Shown here one piece after another: positions 1 through 13,442 of a stretch of 64,000 nt of DNA. Both the position numbers and the translations under genes were made by a program. Positions within the stretch are counted from its first letter, which is position 1. Every line of letters starts with the position of its first letter. The DNA comes from Takakia lepidozioides (lineage: Eukaryota; Plantae; Bryophyta). The stretch spans positions 7,254,001 to 7,318,000 of the forward strand of contig CM060731.1 in assembly GCA_030704615.1 (NCBI GenBank), written 5' to 3'. The notes beneath the pieces were generated by a model. The model was not told the DNA's origin and did not search any database. It saw only the letters and a program-made list of their open reading frames with translations.

Positions 1-307
1 GTTTACTATGTGATGGGAATTAGTGATACCCTGCAGGGGGCCTAAACCCTAAGAATAATCTGAAAAGATGGAATGAGACCTCAATGAAACCAAGTGCCGT
101 CATCTTTACACATGAAACTAAGAATGTCAACATCTCTTTTACCACCATTGGAATAGCCATGAGTCCAGACTCTGGGGAATAGGAGCCTGCAAATACTCAT
201 CGAACCAGAGCCAGCGACAAATAACCCCTTAAGCTCGAGCTTCCCTGGTGACACAACAATTCCTCGCGAAACAGAGAAAAAGGGTAATGGTAACAAGGTC
301 AGCTGCC

Positions 308-3300
308 CTATGCCAGCAAGCTGAAGAAATTGTTTGCATAATGCATCGGCCTCACGTTGGGGTGTGGCTGCAAAGAGATAAACGAAACATCAGGAATTAG
401 AACTTTCAACGACAAATGACTGACGGTATTCGCTGACTGTTGTACATAAACTCCCCAAATTACTACTCAGAGCAACCCCTCTCCCTGTTCTTTAGTCAGG
501 GTGGTGAATTGCTACACCACCTCTATCAGGTAATATCCACAATGACCCTCGGAACTTGAGCAAAATGGAGATGGGCCTCCACATATATAATGGAATTTAT
601 CTAGGAATAAGCTATTTTCTAGTCACCTCCCTTTGAGAACATCAGTGATTTTCTCACTGTTTGCCATGCTCTCCTTATGTACCCTACAAACTATAGATCC
701 CTCCAGCCCTTGACACAGAAGAACATTACATTTTGATTGAGCACATCATAGCCAACACATAAATATTTCCCTTTGTCTACTCTTCTGACCAGTACTAATT
801 CACAAAGACATACAGACATACCACAGCGCTGAATTTTGTGACCTCAGGCTTCAATTGGGGTGCCTCAAACCGGATAAATGCTCCTTTGTTGCCCATCTGT
901 AAAGCCCCGTCACAAGAAGGGATGTTACCAAAAGAGGTATCTAGGGACAACAAGGCCCGTTAACGGCTGAAAGTACTTGCTTTCCACATGAGCTCCACTA
1001 TAATATTGATAGAAGGAAATTCTGAGTGTGACACCAAGTCTCTTGAGGCTGTCAAAAGAGGAAAAGTGGCAGCTCCACAATCTTTTTGCTTGCAAACTAA
1101 ACTACTTTCACCGAACATATACATAAGACTAGTTGACACTCATGGATAGCCTTATATACCTGGTCACAGTAGTTTGGAGCGGAGAAAACAGTAATAAGCT
1201 TTCCATCATGGTCTTCTTCATATCCTTCATCCTTCACCTCATGTGACCGGACCACCAGTTCTGATCCATCAAGGGCCCCCAAAGTTAATTCTTCTTGTAT
1301 GCAAAATGATTGTCACCTCCACATTTCCTGGACAAATTGAACTTGTGCAGATTTTATACTACATCTGAACCAGGATAGAAGACATCCACCATGGTAAAAG
1401 CCTCAATGTGACAACAGCCAAGGAGGATTTGCAGCAATATCTTCAAGACTTCCTGCATTAGTCTGAACATCGAAATGGCCCCATGCCACCATTGATTGCG
1501 GCTCACACAGTGAGACTCATGACCTGGGGTGTGGGTAGTATCCAACAAGGCATCCTATCTACAGGAAAAATTGTAACCTGGTGACTTAAATGGACAACTC
1601 ACAGAACTGGAGATGATAGAGACTGACAAGGGAAAGGATTTTACCAAGATTATTCTCTTGCAAAAAGCGGTGGGTCACATCGGATCCGAAGGCAACACCT
1701 ACTCCACGTTTGCTGGGAGCCCGGCCAAGGCCTGGGTGTGGATCACTCCATAGCAGCTCACACATTAAGCCTGCAGCACATCCACACAACCACAAAAGTT
1801 CATTGGCAAGAATGTCACCGATTGCACAAAAAAATAACTCCTTTAGCTGTACACACAATCTTCCACATCCATGTACATTGCTGGAGTAGGCACAGAGTGG
1901 CTGGTTCAACACCCAATAGGCAAATAACCCTTTCATAAACATAGAAGGAACATGCCTTCGCCAGAGGAAGTAGGATACCGGACGCCAAACATAAGAAAAC
2001 AAAGGTGCGGAGAAAACAATCTTGGAATACCTTCATCTGGAGGTTCCCGGAAGCGGTCAATGGCACGAATGTCAGAGAGCTTGACCCCATCACTGCTGAA
2101 GAGGCCACCATGAACCACAAAAATCTTCTCATTCAGTACATTGACCAGTGGCAGACAACAAAAGACCTCTGCAAAAAGCTCTGCCATCGTCTCATTGAGC
2201 TTGCTCTTGACTTCCCCATGAAATCCGTATATCTTGTTCATGCTTTTGCTCTCATGGTTTCCCCTAGACAAATAAAGCCCTGCACCCACACGATACAGCA
2301 AAGGAAAATTAGGATCACCAGACAATCTTGGACTAATTCAACCAAGTATTATGTAAAAGCAAAAGACAATCCTATATTGTATATGTGCCACCATGCAGAG
2401 TCATAAAAAAAAGGAGAGATAATAGTTCCTCTGCTGTATGTCTGCCAAGAAAATAATGCACTTTCTTACCCCCAGTATTTGAATTGTTCTCTCCCTAATA
2501 CCCTACTTTCGTTGTACTATACCTGTTACCCTTAAGGAATACAACTACAGATTTCCAAAGCTCAGACCACCTTGACAATTCATTGATTTGTCAGCAGCTA
2601 TGTTTGGCCCCAATCCTTTCTCATGAACAAGATAGACAAATGCTACATAGGAGCCTGTGTAAAATAGATTTCCTTCACTCACGAGCACTAGCTGGATGCT
2701 GGCTTTATAATGACTAGGTAGAAAAGACTTTGACTTTTGAAGAAGTTGATGGTGGAGATTGTCTCTGAACAGTGGATCAGTGAGATATAGGAAGACTTTG
2801 GTACTTGTATGACAGTGATGGACTCAAGGAGGGAGAAAGGTTCTGAACTGTGAATCAGTGAAGTATCTGACCTGTTGGATAGAGGCACTTGAAGGCAAAA
2901 AGGGTGAAGATGACCTCCACAGAGAAGGAGCCTCGGTCAACAAAGTCCCCATTGAACAGGTAGGGATTCTCATCTGATGGAAGGCCATTCAGCTCAAAAA
3001 TGTGGAGCAAGTCGAAATACTGCAATGACTCCATCACAAACCCCATATGATTCCAACCAATCAGCCACTGACTTCTTAAAAACAACAAAGTACCAGAGCA
3101 TCAGCCAGAACAAACCAGACAAGCCTGCTTTGAACAACATAACAAAGCCAGAGAATCAGCCAGCATAATCAAAGATGAGCTAGCACCTGGCCATGGATAT
3201 CACCACAAACAGTGAAGTGGGCTTTGTCTGGAATGGTGATGTCAACCAGCGTGGGAGATGCTAGTAATAACTCCCGTGTTTGCAACAGTATTTGGAACGC

Positions 3301-5923
3301 ATATCTGATAGCCATCCCTGCCTTACTTCAGTCTTAACTTACTGCTAACAAAGTCACCAAACACGTGACGGCCACCACAACCCGCCAAGATAAACAGCTA
3401 TAATAGGGTCACAAATCCCGTTAGTGAGAAATGGACTTGCAACTGTGAGAGTTGGGTCACTGACTAGATGTGGGAGTCTGAGAGAGAGAAAGTAGATCAC
3501 AAAGGCTTCCAGAGCACAAGACAGTAGAATCATACTCTGCCTATAGATATGTACTCAATGAAGATTTGCACAAATCTACATTTGCCACAATAAAAACACC
3601 TTCTATGTATATTGCGCTGATTTTTAAAGTCATCCATCATCTTCTTGACGAACTCCAGGGTGATGTTATCCCCTTCTAGCCTAGCATCCTGGTACGAATC
3701 CTCGACCTCTGTGGAACAACCATTGTCACCAGTAAATGGGTTAGATTAGAACAGAGTGGTATACCATGACTCCCACATACAAAGCACTTGGAGTGATAGT
3801 AAGGTACAGTAGAGATCAAGAAGAAATTTTACTCGGCCTTATAAACTCTGAAGAAACTGTTGGTTGCTCCAAGGTTGAGCTCCCTGTCAGAAGGAACAAG
3901 TACTTGGGCGGAAGAAGCTTCAAGAGTGGGTACACCAACATCGCCAAGAGCAGAAATATAACAGGCATAAAGTGCCAACCCCTTGTCTGCCAGGCAGTGG
4001 ACACAGCTGACCTGGCAGCATCCATGCTGGCGCCTGCCAGCAGGGCACCACGGTCACTTTTGTGGTCAAGGCTCGACCAAGGCTACAGTCCCTGGACATG
4101 AGGCCTGCTCCTACAAACCTATCAGCCTCTCTCATCCCCTTCTCACCATCCTCCTCCGTGACAATTTAACTTCCTTCTGATGTGCCATGCTGGAAGGCAT
4201 CCAGGGAATATAAGGTTCACACTGCTCCCCGATTTCAGGAGTAATGTCCGTCAGACATTAACAAAAACAATCAAACTTCATCCACTTGAACTTGCCGAGT
4301 GCATACAGTGCAGCCGATCACTACAAGGAGATGAATGAAGAGACTGCAAATGCATGCAAGTTCAATCTTCTTGAGGGTACCTATGGCGCGGTAGTCAATT
4401 GTGTCAGCTATCAAGGGCCGCTCATCATCTGCCATGGCAATGGCCTCCTCAAATCTGATTTTCGCAACTGCTTTCTCACATTCCCTAAGCTTCTTGGTTG
4501 CATCAGGGTCCTTCGGCACAATCCTTTGGACCTGCAGTCCACCAAAATCTTCCAAATTCCCCTTCATGAAGATTTTGTGAAGACCTAGCAGTTTCATACA
4601 TGATGTCTGAATTTTTTATTCACTAATTACTAGTTCCTAGTTGCAACTTCACTAGTTACGAACACCCTCCAGACCATAGAGCACATAAGTTGGAATATTC
4701 CCCAGTTGCCCAATGCAAATACCCTTACTACGCCATCACTGAACCATATATATTCCAGTGCAGAGAGATGCAAGGCTCCTGTACCTGCCCATTTTAGACT
4801 GTAGTGTCATTTGTTCTCTAACAGCTTTCCTCTGACAGTATGAAGCAGACAAGGTGGAAGTACCTGCCGAAAGTCTTTAAGAGCTTCCTTGAACTTGCCT
4901 ATTGCCAAGTATGCTGCTCCTCGTCTGTAGTAACCCTGCACCCATAGAATACTTTGAAAGATGAGAACAACAATCACAAGCATGCACAGGGTTGTCATAT
5001 GGGATTGCATCATGCAACACCCAACAACTCCTAACTTGTCAAGTCAGCATTCCTACATCCTCCAAACCCATCAGCATTCATATATCCAACTAGTAAGTGT
5101 ATATCAACACATGCATCAGATGTACACAGTATGCACTGAGGTTGTCATTAGCTTCTGAAATACCTTGACATACTTCGGACTAATTTCGATGGCCTTTGTG
5201 GCATCCTCAATAGCACTGCCATACGCCTCCATTTTCGTTTGGGCAAACGCTCGGTTCGCCCAGTACACCGCATTGTGATTATTCAAATCTATTGCTTGAC
5301 TGTAGAGTTCTATAGCTGCAGTGAATCTGTGGGCTGCCGTAGCAGAGACAAACATCCTTGTCAGAGGTCTGTGTATGGGTTCCTCACATTGTCAAGCCTG
5401 CTACCTCACTAGCAGGATGAAAAGGCATCCTCAGAAATACTCTCAAAACAACTTTACAGCCCATTTTAAATCATGAGTAGAGCTACTTGAGTTGATGACG
5501 TCCTTTGATGGGGAGCTAGCAGACAGAATTTTTAAAAGTGACAATAAAGTACATTGTCCAGTTACAACAACGATGGTTGCAAGAGGGATGGAATAGCACA
5601 GGGAGAGAGACAAAATGACCAAATTGGATACAGACTAGACAGAGCTAGAAAGCACTAGAATCACATATACGACTGGGAAATACACTAGAACTCTTTGCTA
5701 TTGAGAGGCAGAAACCCTCTATTTCTTTCCTACCACCTCCCCTTCTGGCTTGGGTAGAAGGAAAGGCAGCAGCAGCAACATCAACCGCTCACAAGGTTCG
5801 GTACTGGAACTGGGGTGAAGAGAAGTCAAACTGACCTTGAAAAGCCGCATTGGCAGCCGCCTTCAGTTCCTCAGCTTTTTCAGTGTCTGGAGCAGAATTA
5901 CCATTCATGGCTATGGTCGCCAT
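308..5923 (-). CDS. PP5: Serine/threonine protein phosphatase 5 (TPR + PPP domain), 12 exons, 488 aa
   Basis: Exons joined at GT-AG sites: 5923-5836, 5333-5164, 4935-4864, 4531-4381, 3708-3600, 3304-3187, 3019-2872, 2279-2031, 1770-1645, 1260-1160, 896-822, 367-308 = 1467 nt in frame. TPR motifs ([34 protein letters not shown]), PPP motifs GDIHGQ, GDFVDRG, RGNHE, HGG, SAPNYCD, C-terminus [12 protein letters not shown]. Confidence 0.96.
3833..4033 (-). CDS. Candidate alternative cassette exon of PP5 encoding a hydrophobic, putative transmembrane segment
   Basis: 201 nt, stop-free, phase-1/phase-1; AG at 4035-4034, GT at 3832-3831; encodes [22 protein letters not shown]; lies between the TPR and catalytic domains like the angiosperm PP5 membrane exon. 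Confidence 0.5.
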
Positions 5924-6013
5924 AAGTGATTTGTCCTCCCTGATATGTGTCCCTTTCCCTAAGTAAGGATTAAGATTTCCCTGGCCTGGGCAGAATAATT
6001 CACTCTTCGAAAC

Positions 6014-6043
6014 CCCCCCCCCCCCCCCCCCCCCACCCCCCAC
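6014..6043. repeat. Poly-C tract (poly-G on the PP5 sense strand)
   Basis: Long C runs interrupted by single A bases, about 90 bp upstream of the PP5 ATG. Confidence 0.85.
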
Positions 6044-6984
6044 CTTTTTCACCACGGGAGAATCCCTGGTGCTCCAGATTCTCCTTAACTCTTCCACTCG
6101 AATTTTTACAACCCAACCAAACCCACTGCTTCGACACCTAATGGTATATCTCGAACAATTGTTTCTCGATTTGCTCTGCTCTTTTGCTTGTTGCCCTGTA
6201 AGGATTCACCTCATATCAGGCTACCATCTTCCCCTTACATATGAATGGCAGTACATAAGCATCCTTGCATATTGCATATATTTTCAAACAAACCCGGAGA
6301 TGAACGAAAACAAGGCTGACAAGCGGGTACCTGAAAAACCGGGACAGCATGTGCGGTATCAAAGCCGCTTCCCCGAAACACTTCCAAAGCTTGGCAATAA
6401 GGGATTGTATTTAGGAAAGCAAGGACTGACCACGTACAGAAGAGATAGAAGCCAACTAGTCACCTATACCCAAATCCCCGAACTAGCCGGCGAACAAACC
6501 CGGCCTTGCAACTCAAACAGCCAAACGGCTACACACACTAGTCACAACAGAAACAGAGGGAGGCTTGTCATCAACGAAATGCCATAAATGTGACATTCGG
6601 GGAGACATCAAACGAATGCCTCGCAACACAAGCAAGATCAAACCAAATCATAAATGCACTAGTCGTGACAACAGGCACAAGGAGACTCAAAGGGTTCAAC
6701 AACCATCGGTACGATTCCTTGCAAACCCCACCAAAAACACGAAAGAACAAGCAAGACGCACAAACAGAGTGCAGACACCCGACCAGACTGATGATTCCAA
6801 CACACGCAAAGTTCCGAGTGAAATCTCAGTAGCCTACATGCCTTGCAAGCGAAACTGAGCAATGCAAGAGATCTAAGACACAAAAACGCCCGGCACCGGC
6901 ACAAGCTCGGTGATTCCAAGCAGCAAATTTGTAACTGCAACGATCCAGAAGCAGGAGCTTTGAAAATCCAGTGCCCCAACCGGC

Positions 6985-7050
6985 CACAAACCCTAAGTAG
7001 CGCATCAACAGCGAAGAGGGAAAAACAAGGATCCGCTGACGTGGCGCTGA
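6985..7050. promoter_or_regulatory. Putative PP5 promoter elements (telo-box AAACCCTA, G-box/ABRE-like TGACGTGGC)
   Basis: Motif matches about 1.1 kb upstream of the PP5 ATG; position only, no functional data. Confidence 0.3.
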
Positions 7051-7400
7051 TGCGTCCGGTATGTAGTAGCCGTAACGGCAAAACCCTACCTGGATGGATG
7101 ATGGATGACGAATGACGAACAACTTTCTTTCAGAATTGTATGGGGCGGTTTTACTGGTATAAATCAGGTCAGACAAAGTTATTTAGTAGGCTGATCGGAT
7201 TATTTCTATTATACTGTTATTATTATTTCGATTAAAAATCTAAAACAAAACACAACTTAAAAGAAACAAATGCATGGAATTCATGCAAGCCTCGCCTTGT
7301 TGTATGAATGTGGTGGGTGCAGATGTCGGATCCATGTATCTATACACACGCAACTGACATGGATGAAACAACAGATTCAAACTTTAGATGGAGTCACTTA

Positions 7401-8545
7401 GGGAATTCCAAAAAGGCCTTGATGTGAAATGCATCGCAAATCACTTGATCACCCCCTAAAAGTGCGCAATTCAATTGAATTGCAAGGGCAATTCAATTGA
7501 ACTAACCCTAATTTGAAATTCAATTGAATTGTCAACTCGTAATTCAATTGAATTGCTGATTGCAATTCAATTGAATTGTACTCTATAATATTTAACTTAT
7601 TTTTGTATATAATATATAATATATATGTACATGTATATATTCAAATTATATTAATACACATATAAGAGTATAAGCTAAAAATACATGTTGCCCGTCTATT
7701 CTTGCTGGCCCTTTCTTGTGCCCTTGAGGAAATTGTGGAGTTGTGAAGCCACCCTTAGCCTCAGCGAGAAAGGGAGAGCCAAAGACAGAGACAGATCAGC
7801 AGCTTCCTGTGATTCACTGGCAAATGGCTGGCTCCAAAAAAAACAAACAAAATCAAACCTGACAATTGATGAAAGGCTTCCCCTGCATCACCATGTAGTC
7901 CCCTAACACTAGTATCTGGCCCAGGACAAAGAAAACAAAAAATATGTTCATCTTGAGAATTATCAAAAATTTCGATACCCTTACAAAGGTATCATGTTGA
8001 AGTTGGGATGTGTGTTCTATATAAGTTTAATATATCAAACTCTTACACGTTGATACTCTTACATTGGTATCATGTTTGATATATGTACATAGCCATATAT
8101 TGGCACCAACATTCACAAAGAGAGACAATCCCGCTTTTACAAGCGCTTCGTGACTTCTTCTCTCTCTCTCTCCCTCTCTCGCTCTCCCTTAGGCATATCT
8201 TGGGCTCAAGCCTTACCACGGGCAAAGGATTGACAGACGGACAGCAAGAATAGACGGGCAACATGTATTTTTAGCTTATACCTGTATATGTATATATGTA
8301 TAATTTAAATATATACATATATATATTTTATACAGAAATAAGTTAAAAATTATATATTACAATTCAATTGAATTGTAGTCAGTAATTCAATTGAATTGCC
8401 AACTAGCGTGCCGACAATTCAATTGAATTGCAAATTAGGGTTAGTTCAATTGAATTGCCCTTGCAATTCAATTGAATTGCGCACTTTTAGGGGGTGATCA
8501 AGTGAATTGCGATGCATTGCACATCAAGGCCTTTTTGGAATTCTC
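7401..8545. mobile_element. Non-autonomous foldback/MITE with ~310-bp terminal inverted repeats and TA flanks
   Basis: GAATTCCAAAAAGGCCTTGATGTG at the left end is mirrored at about 8520-8543; both arms give the same mirror ORF (MLPVYSC); about 5 copies per arm of the palindrome CAATTCAATTGAATTG; TA at 7399-7400 and 8546-8547. Confidence 0.85.
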
Positions 8546-9246
8546 TAGTCGGTCTCATCGAGGGACAATGAGCTATGTTTTGTGTCAATCACGGATCAAT
8601 TGGCCAAGCTGCAAAAGATTAATGGTTGAACCACCAAAGCCATATGCACGACAACATGAGTCGCCTTTTTGCCCACGAATATTTTGAAGATAAGAAAATT
8701 AGTAGTTGTTCTGAAGTACAAATAATAAGATCTCACCTGTGAGAAGTGAAACATGTCAAGGCCCCACACCATTGCATCACTACTTGCACTCACCAAAGAC
8801 TGCACTACACCTCAAATCACTTATTGGTGGTGCCATGTAGGTAGCAATCCCAGAATGTGGACATCATAACCAAAAATCGTCAGCGAGCAAATGTGTATCC
8901 AAACCCCTAGCCAAAAGTAAGACATATGCGAATATATACCCTTTTATTTGAAAATTAAAATCGACCAACGTGGAGGGAAAGTTGATGGCTGAATACAAGT
9001 GGCGTCTACATGTATACGACGATGGCATGTCATACAAAAGTGGAAAATGCATATGGGGTGTGACGGCTTGTTTTTTGCTGGGATGAGATTCGCCCGTCCT
9101 CACAAGGGCACGTTAAACTAGGGGTGTATGAGCTCGGAAAAAGCGGGCTTTATAGCACAAGAAGAAAGATTAACATATAAAGGATCTCATGCACAACGTC
9201 TACAGAACGAACATACACATGTCCAGACACACAGAGTCTCTTCCAG

Positions 9247-10465
9247 CACTATAGGAAAATGGGGGGCTTTTTGACGTCGGGGCCACGCCGCACCCACGCC
9301 GTGGCGTCGTAAAACAGCCCTTTTCGGGCAGGGGGGAAAACCAAATTTGCGACGTCCGGGTCGCAAGTCCGTCGCAAGGGCGTCGCCAAAAAAACGTCGC
9401 AAATTTGCGATCAATGGGGGTCGCAAAAAGGCGAAACCGCGATTTGCAACGCCCGGGCGTCAAAAAAATTATTTAATATTTATTTTAAATTTATAATAAT
9501 AATAATTTATTTATTTATTAAAATTAATTAATTAATTAATTAATTAATTTAAAAAAAAACCTCTCTCTACATTGCAGAATTAGCACCGTCCGGGGTCGCA
9601 AAGTGCGACGTCCGGACGTCGCAAATTAAGGGGATACATTTGAATTTAGGCGGGAAAAATTGAATTTCAAGAACTTATTGACCATTGACTCCGGTTCTGT
9701 CTAATAACGATATATTCATTGTTCTACATATATCATGCAATGCTTACTTCAACCTAAGACCTCCACGTTATAAAATGTCCAAGACACTACAGACTAACAA
9801 ACACACCTATGCTACATTTATGTATCACAAAAGCAATCTAATATATATATATATATATATATATACATATGAAGATTTCCTTCAAGTTCCTTCTAAGGGG
9901 GTCCCTCTTGTGGCGCCTGGGAGTTGCAACCTCCACAACCTTAGTGCCCGGCCCTGGCCCCAGCCCCAGCCCCAACGTCGTCGCTGTTGTTGCAACCCCC
10001 CACCGTCAAGCGCCCCAAGCGACGTCCTTGTGATGACCTAAACTACTACAACACCATTGCGATCCCTTGGGTCGCAGCGTTGGTTGCCCCAGCGCGGGGC
10101 CACCCAGCGACACTTTTTGTGAAGTTGAGGGCCGCAAAGCCAAAAAAAAAAAAAAACAAACAAACAAACTCTCATTGTGGTAATGTTGTTTGTAGAGGCG
10201 TTGGGGCGCCCTCATTGACGTTTTTGCGACGCCGAGGCGTCACAACGTCCAAAAAAAATAAAAATAAAATTGGATTTGTTACGGCGGGGCGTCGCAAGAA
10301 AAAAAATCCGTCGGAGCGAGGGCCCTCTTTCCCCCTTCATGCCATTTTGTGACGGCTGGGCGACGCCCCGGCGTCGCAATCTCCCGTTGCAGCGTCGCGG
10401 GCTCGGCGCCGAGCGGGGCGTGGGGGTGCGGCTGGCGTCGCAAAACCCCCCCATTTGCTGTAGTG
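9247..10465. mobile_element. Non-autonomous CACTA (En/Spm) element
   Basis: Ends CACTATAGGAAAATGGGGGG and CCCCCCATTTGCTGTAGTG; 3-bp TSD CAG (9244-9246, 10466-10468); many GCGACG/CGTCGC subterminal repeats; no transposase. Confidence 0.92.
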
Positions 10466-10900
10466 CAGACACCTTCGTACACCGGGTTGTACATACGAAA
10501 AGAGGCCCTTGATTCAAGGTCAGGAAGAAGCTTATACCCCCACGTGGCGGCCTGCCACGAGTGCCCTAGTTATAAAAGATCCCAAGCGTTAATGTAGCAA
10601 GGGCCCAGATCTTGAGTTGGAATCAGCTTGCAAATACATCCTCTAATTCTGCCTGCTCTAGGTTATCCCAAGGCTGGGTATGGGTCAGAAGTATAACGGC
10701 CATGTGCCGCCGTATAGTAATAGCACTAGGATGAATGTCTGATATGCATGGATGGAAAGGGGCATTGCAGGGCTAGGAAAACATGCTCCATCACAGGGAT
10801 CACTACTTGGCTGTATAGTTTGGGAGTTTCTAGAATCGTGGAAGCGGCAGGGAGTTGGCACTAGTTTGACGACACTCGAACATATATATATATATATATA

Positions 10901-11040
10901 TATAACACCTCCCAAATGAATTATAAATTATGGTGTCTCTTGACCCGCCTTTCGCTGAAAAGGTGGACATCTTTATGATACTAATGAGTGGAATCAACCC
11001 ATAACCATTTCTGACATGATATGTACCCATTACCACTAAG
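10901..11040 (-). mobile_element. Degenerate tRNA-derived SINE copy next to a (TA)n tract
   Basis: Reverse complement aligns with 22455-22574 and with the GTGGTAATGGG head of the 20964 SINE. Confidence 0.55.
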
Positions 11041-13389
11041 TTATACCTTGGTTGAACGTGCATATAAGTTGAGAGAGACACACATAGATACTGGCAAGTA
11101 TGGTAGTAACGATGTCGCGGCCCGTTGCCTTGAGGGCAGGGGGTCGGGACACAAGAGGGGTTGCCCCTGTAGTGGGGGCAGTGGCAACAATAGGTACGGG
11201 GGCTGAAGCACCCTTGAGTGCCCAAGGCACTCAAGGAGGCGGAGGCGCTTACTAGGTGGAGCCCCGCACACCGGGTTGCGGTGGGGGTGGTTTCACGAGG
11301 GATGGTGGTAGCTTAGTAGGACTTAATGGGGGTGGCATAGGACTCACCATGGGGCCGAGACCTTGTGGTGGGAGTTGTGGGGAGTCTTGGGACTCATCAC
11401 GATCCAATGGGGCTGTGGTGGGTGGGCCAAGACTCACTGGGAGTCGAGGGTCTTCGTGGTGGTTCGCCATAAAATGGCAGGGTTGTTTGTGAAACCCCCA
11501 CAGACAGTCACAGAAGTATATATAAGGAGTAGTAACCCTGAGAACGGTGCAAGTCCGTTGGTGACCAAAAACTAGTGAGTGAGCGAGCGAGCCGGAAAGC
11601 GACCAAGGAGTGGGAAGCTATTCCAGACTGCCATCTACCAAAGGGAATTTTCCACTAGGCCCAAATCGGTGGAGGGTCTTTTGGAGGAGCAAAGGGGGAC
11701 CGTTATGTCCCGGTGAGCAGCCGAAGCTCCGAGTTGGCCCGGCGGCCAGTTTGGGAGTTAGGCGCGCGCATCAAAGCGAGTTCCTATGACTTGAAGGGGA
11801 GCTTACCGAAGTGAGGTGCGCGACAAACGAATACGGGGGTGGCAAAGCGTAGAGGTCGTCCAAAGAAGGCGTTTGATATAGACAAAAAATACCAAATTGT
11901 CTTTTTAGCTCTTTTGCACAGTTGGGGTGGGTAGACACAATATTGACGTCACTTTATTTCAAGGTTTGCATAAGTTTATCCAAGAGAAATGTATGGTTGA
12001 CGTTTTTGTGATCGAAAATGGACCCTATCTCATTTGCAATTTCAAATGGTAATAAGATTGTTGGCTACCAATGTTATACAGACGAACAAAATGATCAAAT
12101 GTTATTGGGTTTGGATAAAGGTCCAGCACCTGGCCATGCAATTATGTACAAAAAACTAAGACAAGACCGCTTGCGTATGTAGAAAAGAGTGCTAGGATAT
12201 TGTTTGAAGGGCAACCTCATTTTCAGTTCCTTGGTAAAAATATGACTGCAAAAGAGATGGAAGAAGGAATGAGCTGTATGTTTTATGGCAGTCTCGAGCT
12301 TAAAAACCACGTTTGTCTTACTTTTACAAATGTTTCTGAAATAACATCTATATATCATATACATGCACGGCTTCGAAAGTGTCTCACAAACGTTTTCGTC
12401 GATTGTTCATTATTCATGTTATAATCTCACATCGAGTTTTACACATCTAGGGCATACTTGTGCATTAGCCGATCTTTTTTTGAAATTTGGATTGTTGCAA
12501 GCATGGTAGAGTAGTCCACCGCAAGATAATGGTGGTCTCAGCTTTGACCTTAATCTTCAGTAAATTGTTGAGTTCATTGATGTTGTTGAACCAAGATAAA
12601 TATATCTCAATTCAGTTTGGATGTGTCAATATTGATGTATCTAGTATCTACTCTGTGACTCTGACTTTTTATAACGAAAAGAATATATATGCTTCATTTC
12701 GACTCAATATTTGTCTCTACCAAGATGTTATTTCTAGTCCCCAATATTATTTTGCCAACACTCTTCTAATCATCATTGCGTCAGTTCAAGAAATCAAAGA
12801 CATAATAACATTTTTCAACATCTCGACATTGATAGACAACATTATTTTTCATCTGTTTAGCACCTATAGCCTGACAACATTGAAAAAATGACATTTCATA
12901 TGAATAGTTGCATATAGCTCCTCCTCGTGAATAGTGGTATCTACTTTCATCCATAATAAACTTGAAAAAATATCCATTTATTTCTCATAAGTTGTTCAAT
13001 AATAGGTATGTTACCCCTAGAGGAGGTGTTACATGGAGAAGGCAACTATCAAAGTTGTTTTCAGCAAAGGAAAAGAGGTAACATTGGGAATGCACAACAA
13101 CGATTTTTGACGTAGTCTCTTCTTTATTCTTAAAAGGAGCTAATAATATACGTCACATTAGCTATTTATTCTTAAATTGGTTCTAGTGTAGAGCAGGTAT
13201 AGGGTGCCCTAGTGCCATGTCATGGTCGCCATGTTTCGTATGTACTTTTGTCAAACATTTTGATTTGTACATCAATAAACCAATTGCTCGAATCATATTT
13301 TGTAAAGTAACTTTGAAGCATCTCAACCCTCCATTTTTGAATCATTTGCCCCTCCCACTATCCCCGATGTGTTAGCTTTATGGCTTGGG

Positions 13390-13442
13390 GACAACCAAGT
13401 TGTAGCCCAGTGGTAATGGGCACATACTAGTGTTGGGTGGTT
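13390..13442 (+). mobile_element. SINE head fragment with Pol III A-box
   Basis: GACAACCAAGTTGTAGCCCAGTGGTAATGGGCACATAC is nearly identical to the head at 20964. Confidence 0.65.

Noticed and set aside
6069-7176. Overlapping 80-172 aa ORFs upstream of PP5
   Set aside because: No recognisable domains; they probably lie in the PP5 5' UTR, intron or promoter.
7468-7580. CRISPR-like repeat-spacer array
   Set aside because: Spacers are short and irregular, the repeats are mirrored in the other TIR arm, the context is eukaryotic and there are no cas genes.
11041-11870. Proline-rich ORF with GC-rich upstream region (possible LINE 5' end)
   Set aside because: No diagnostic domain; cannot be supported beyond composition.
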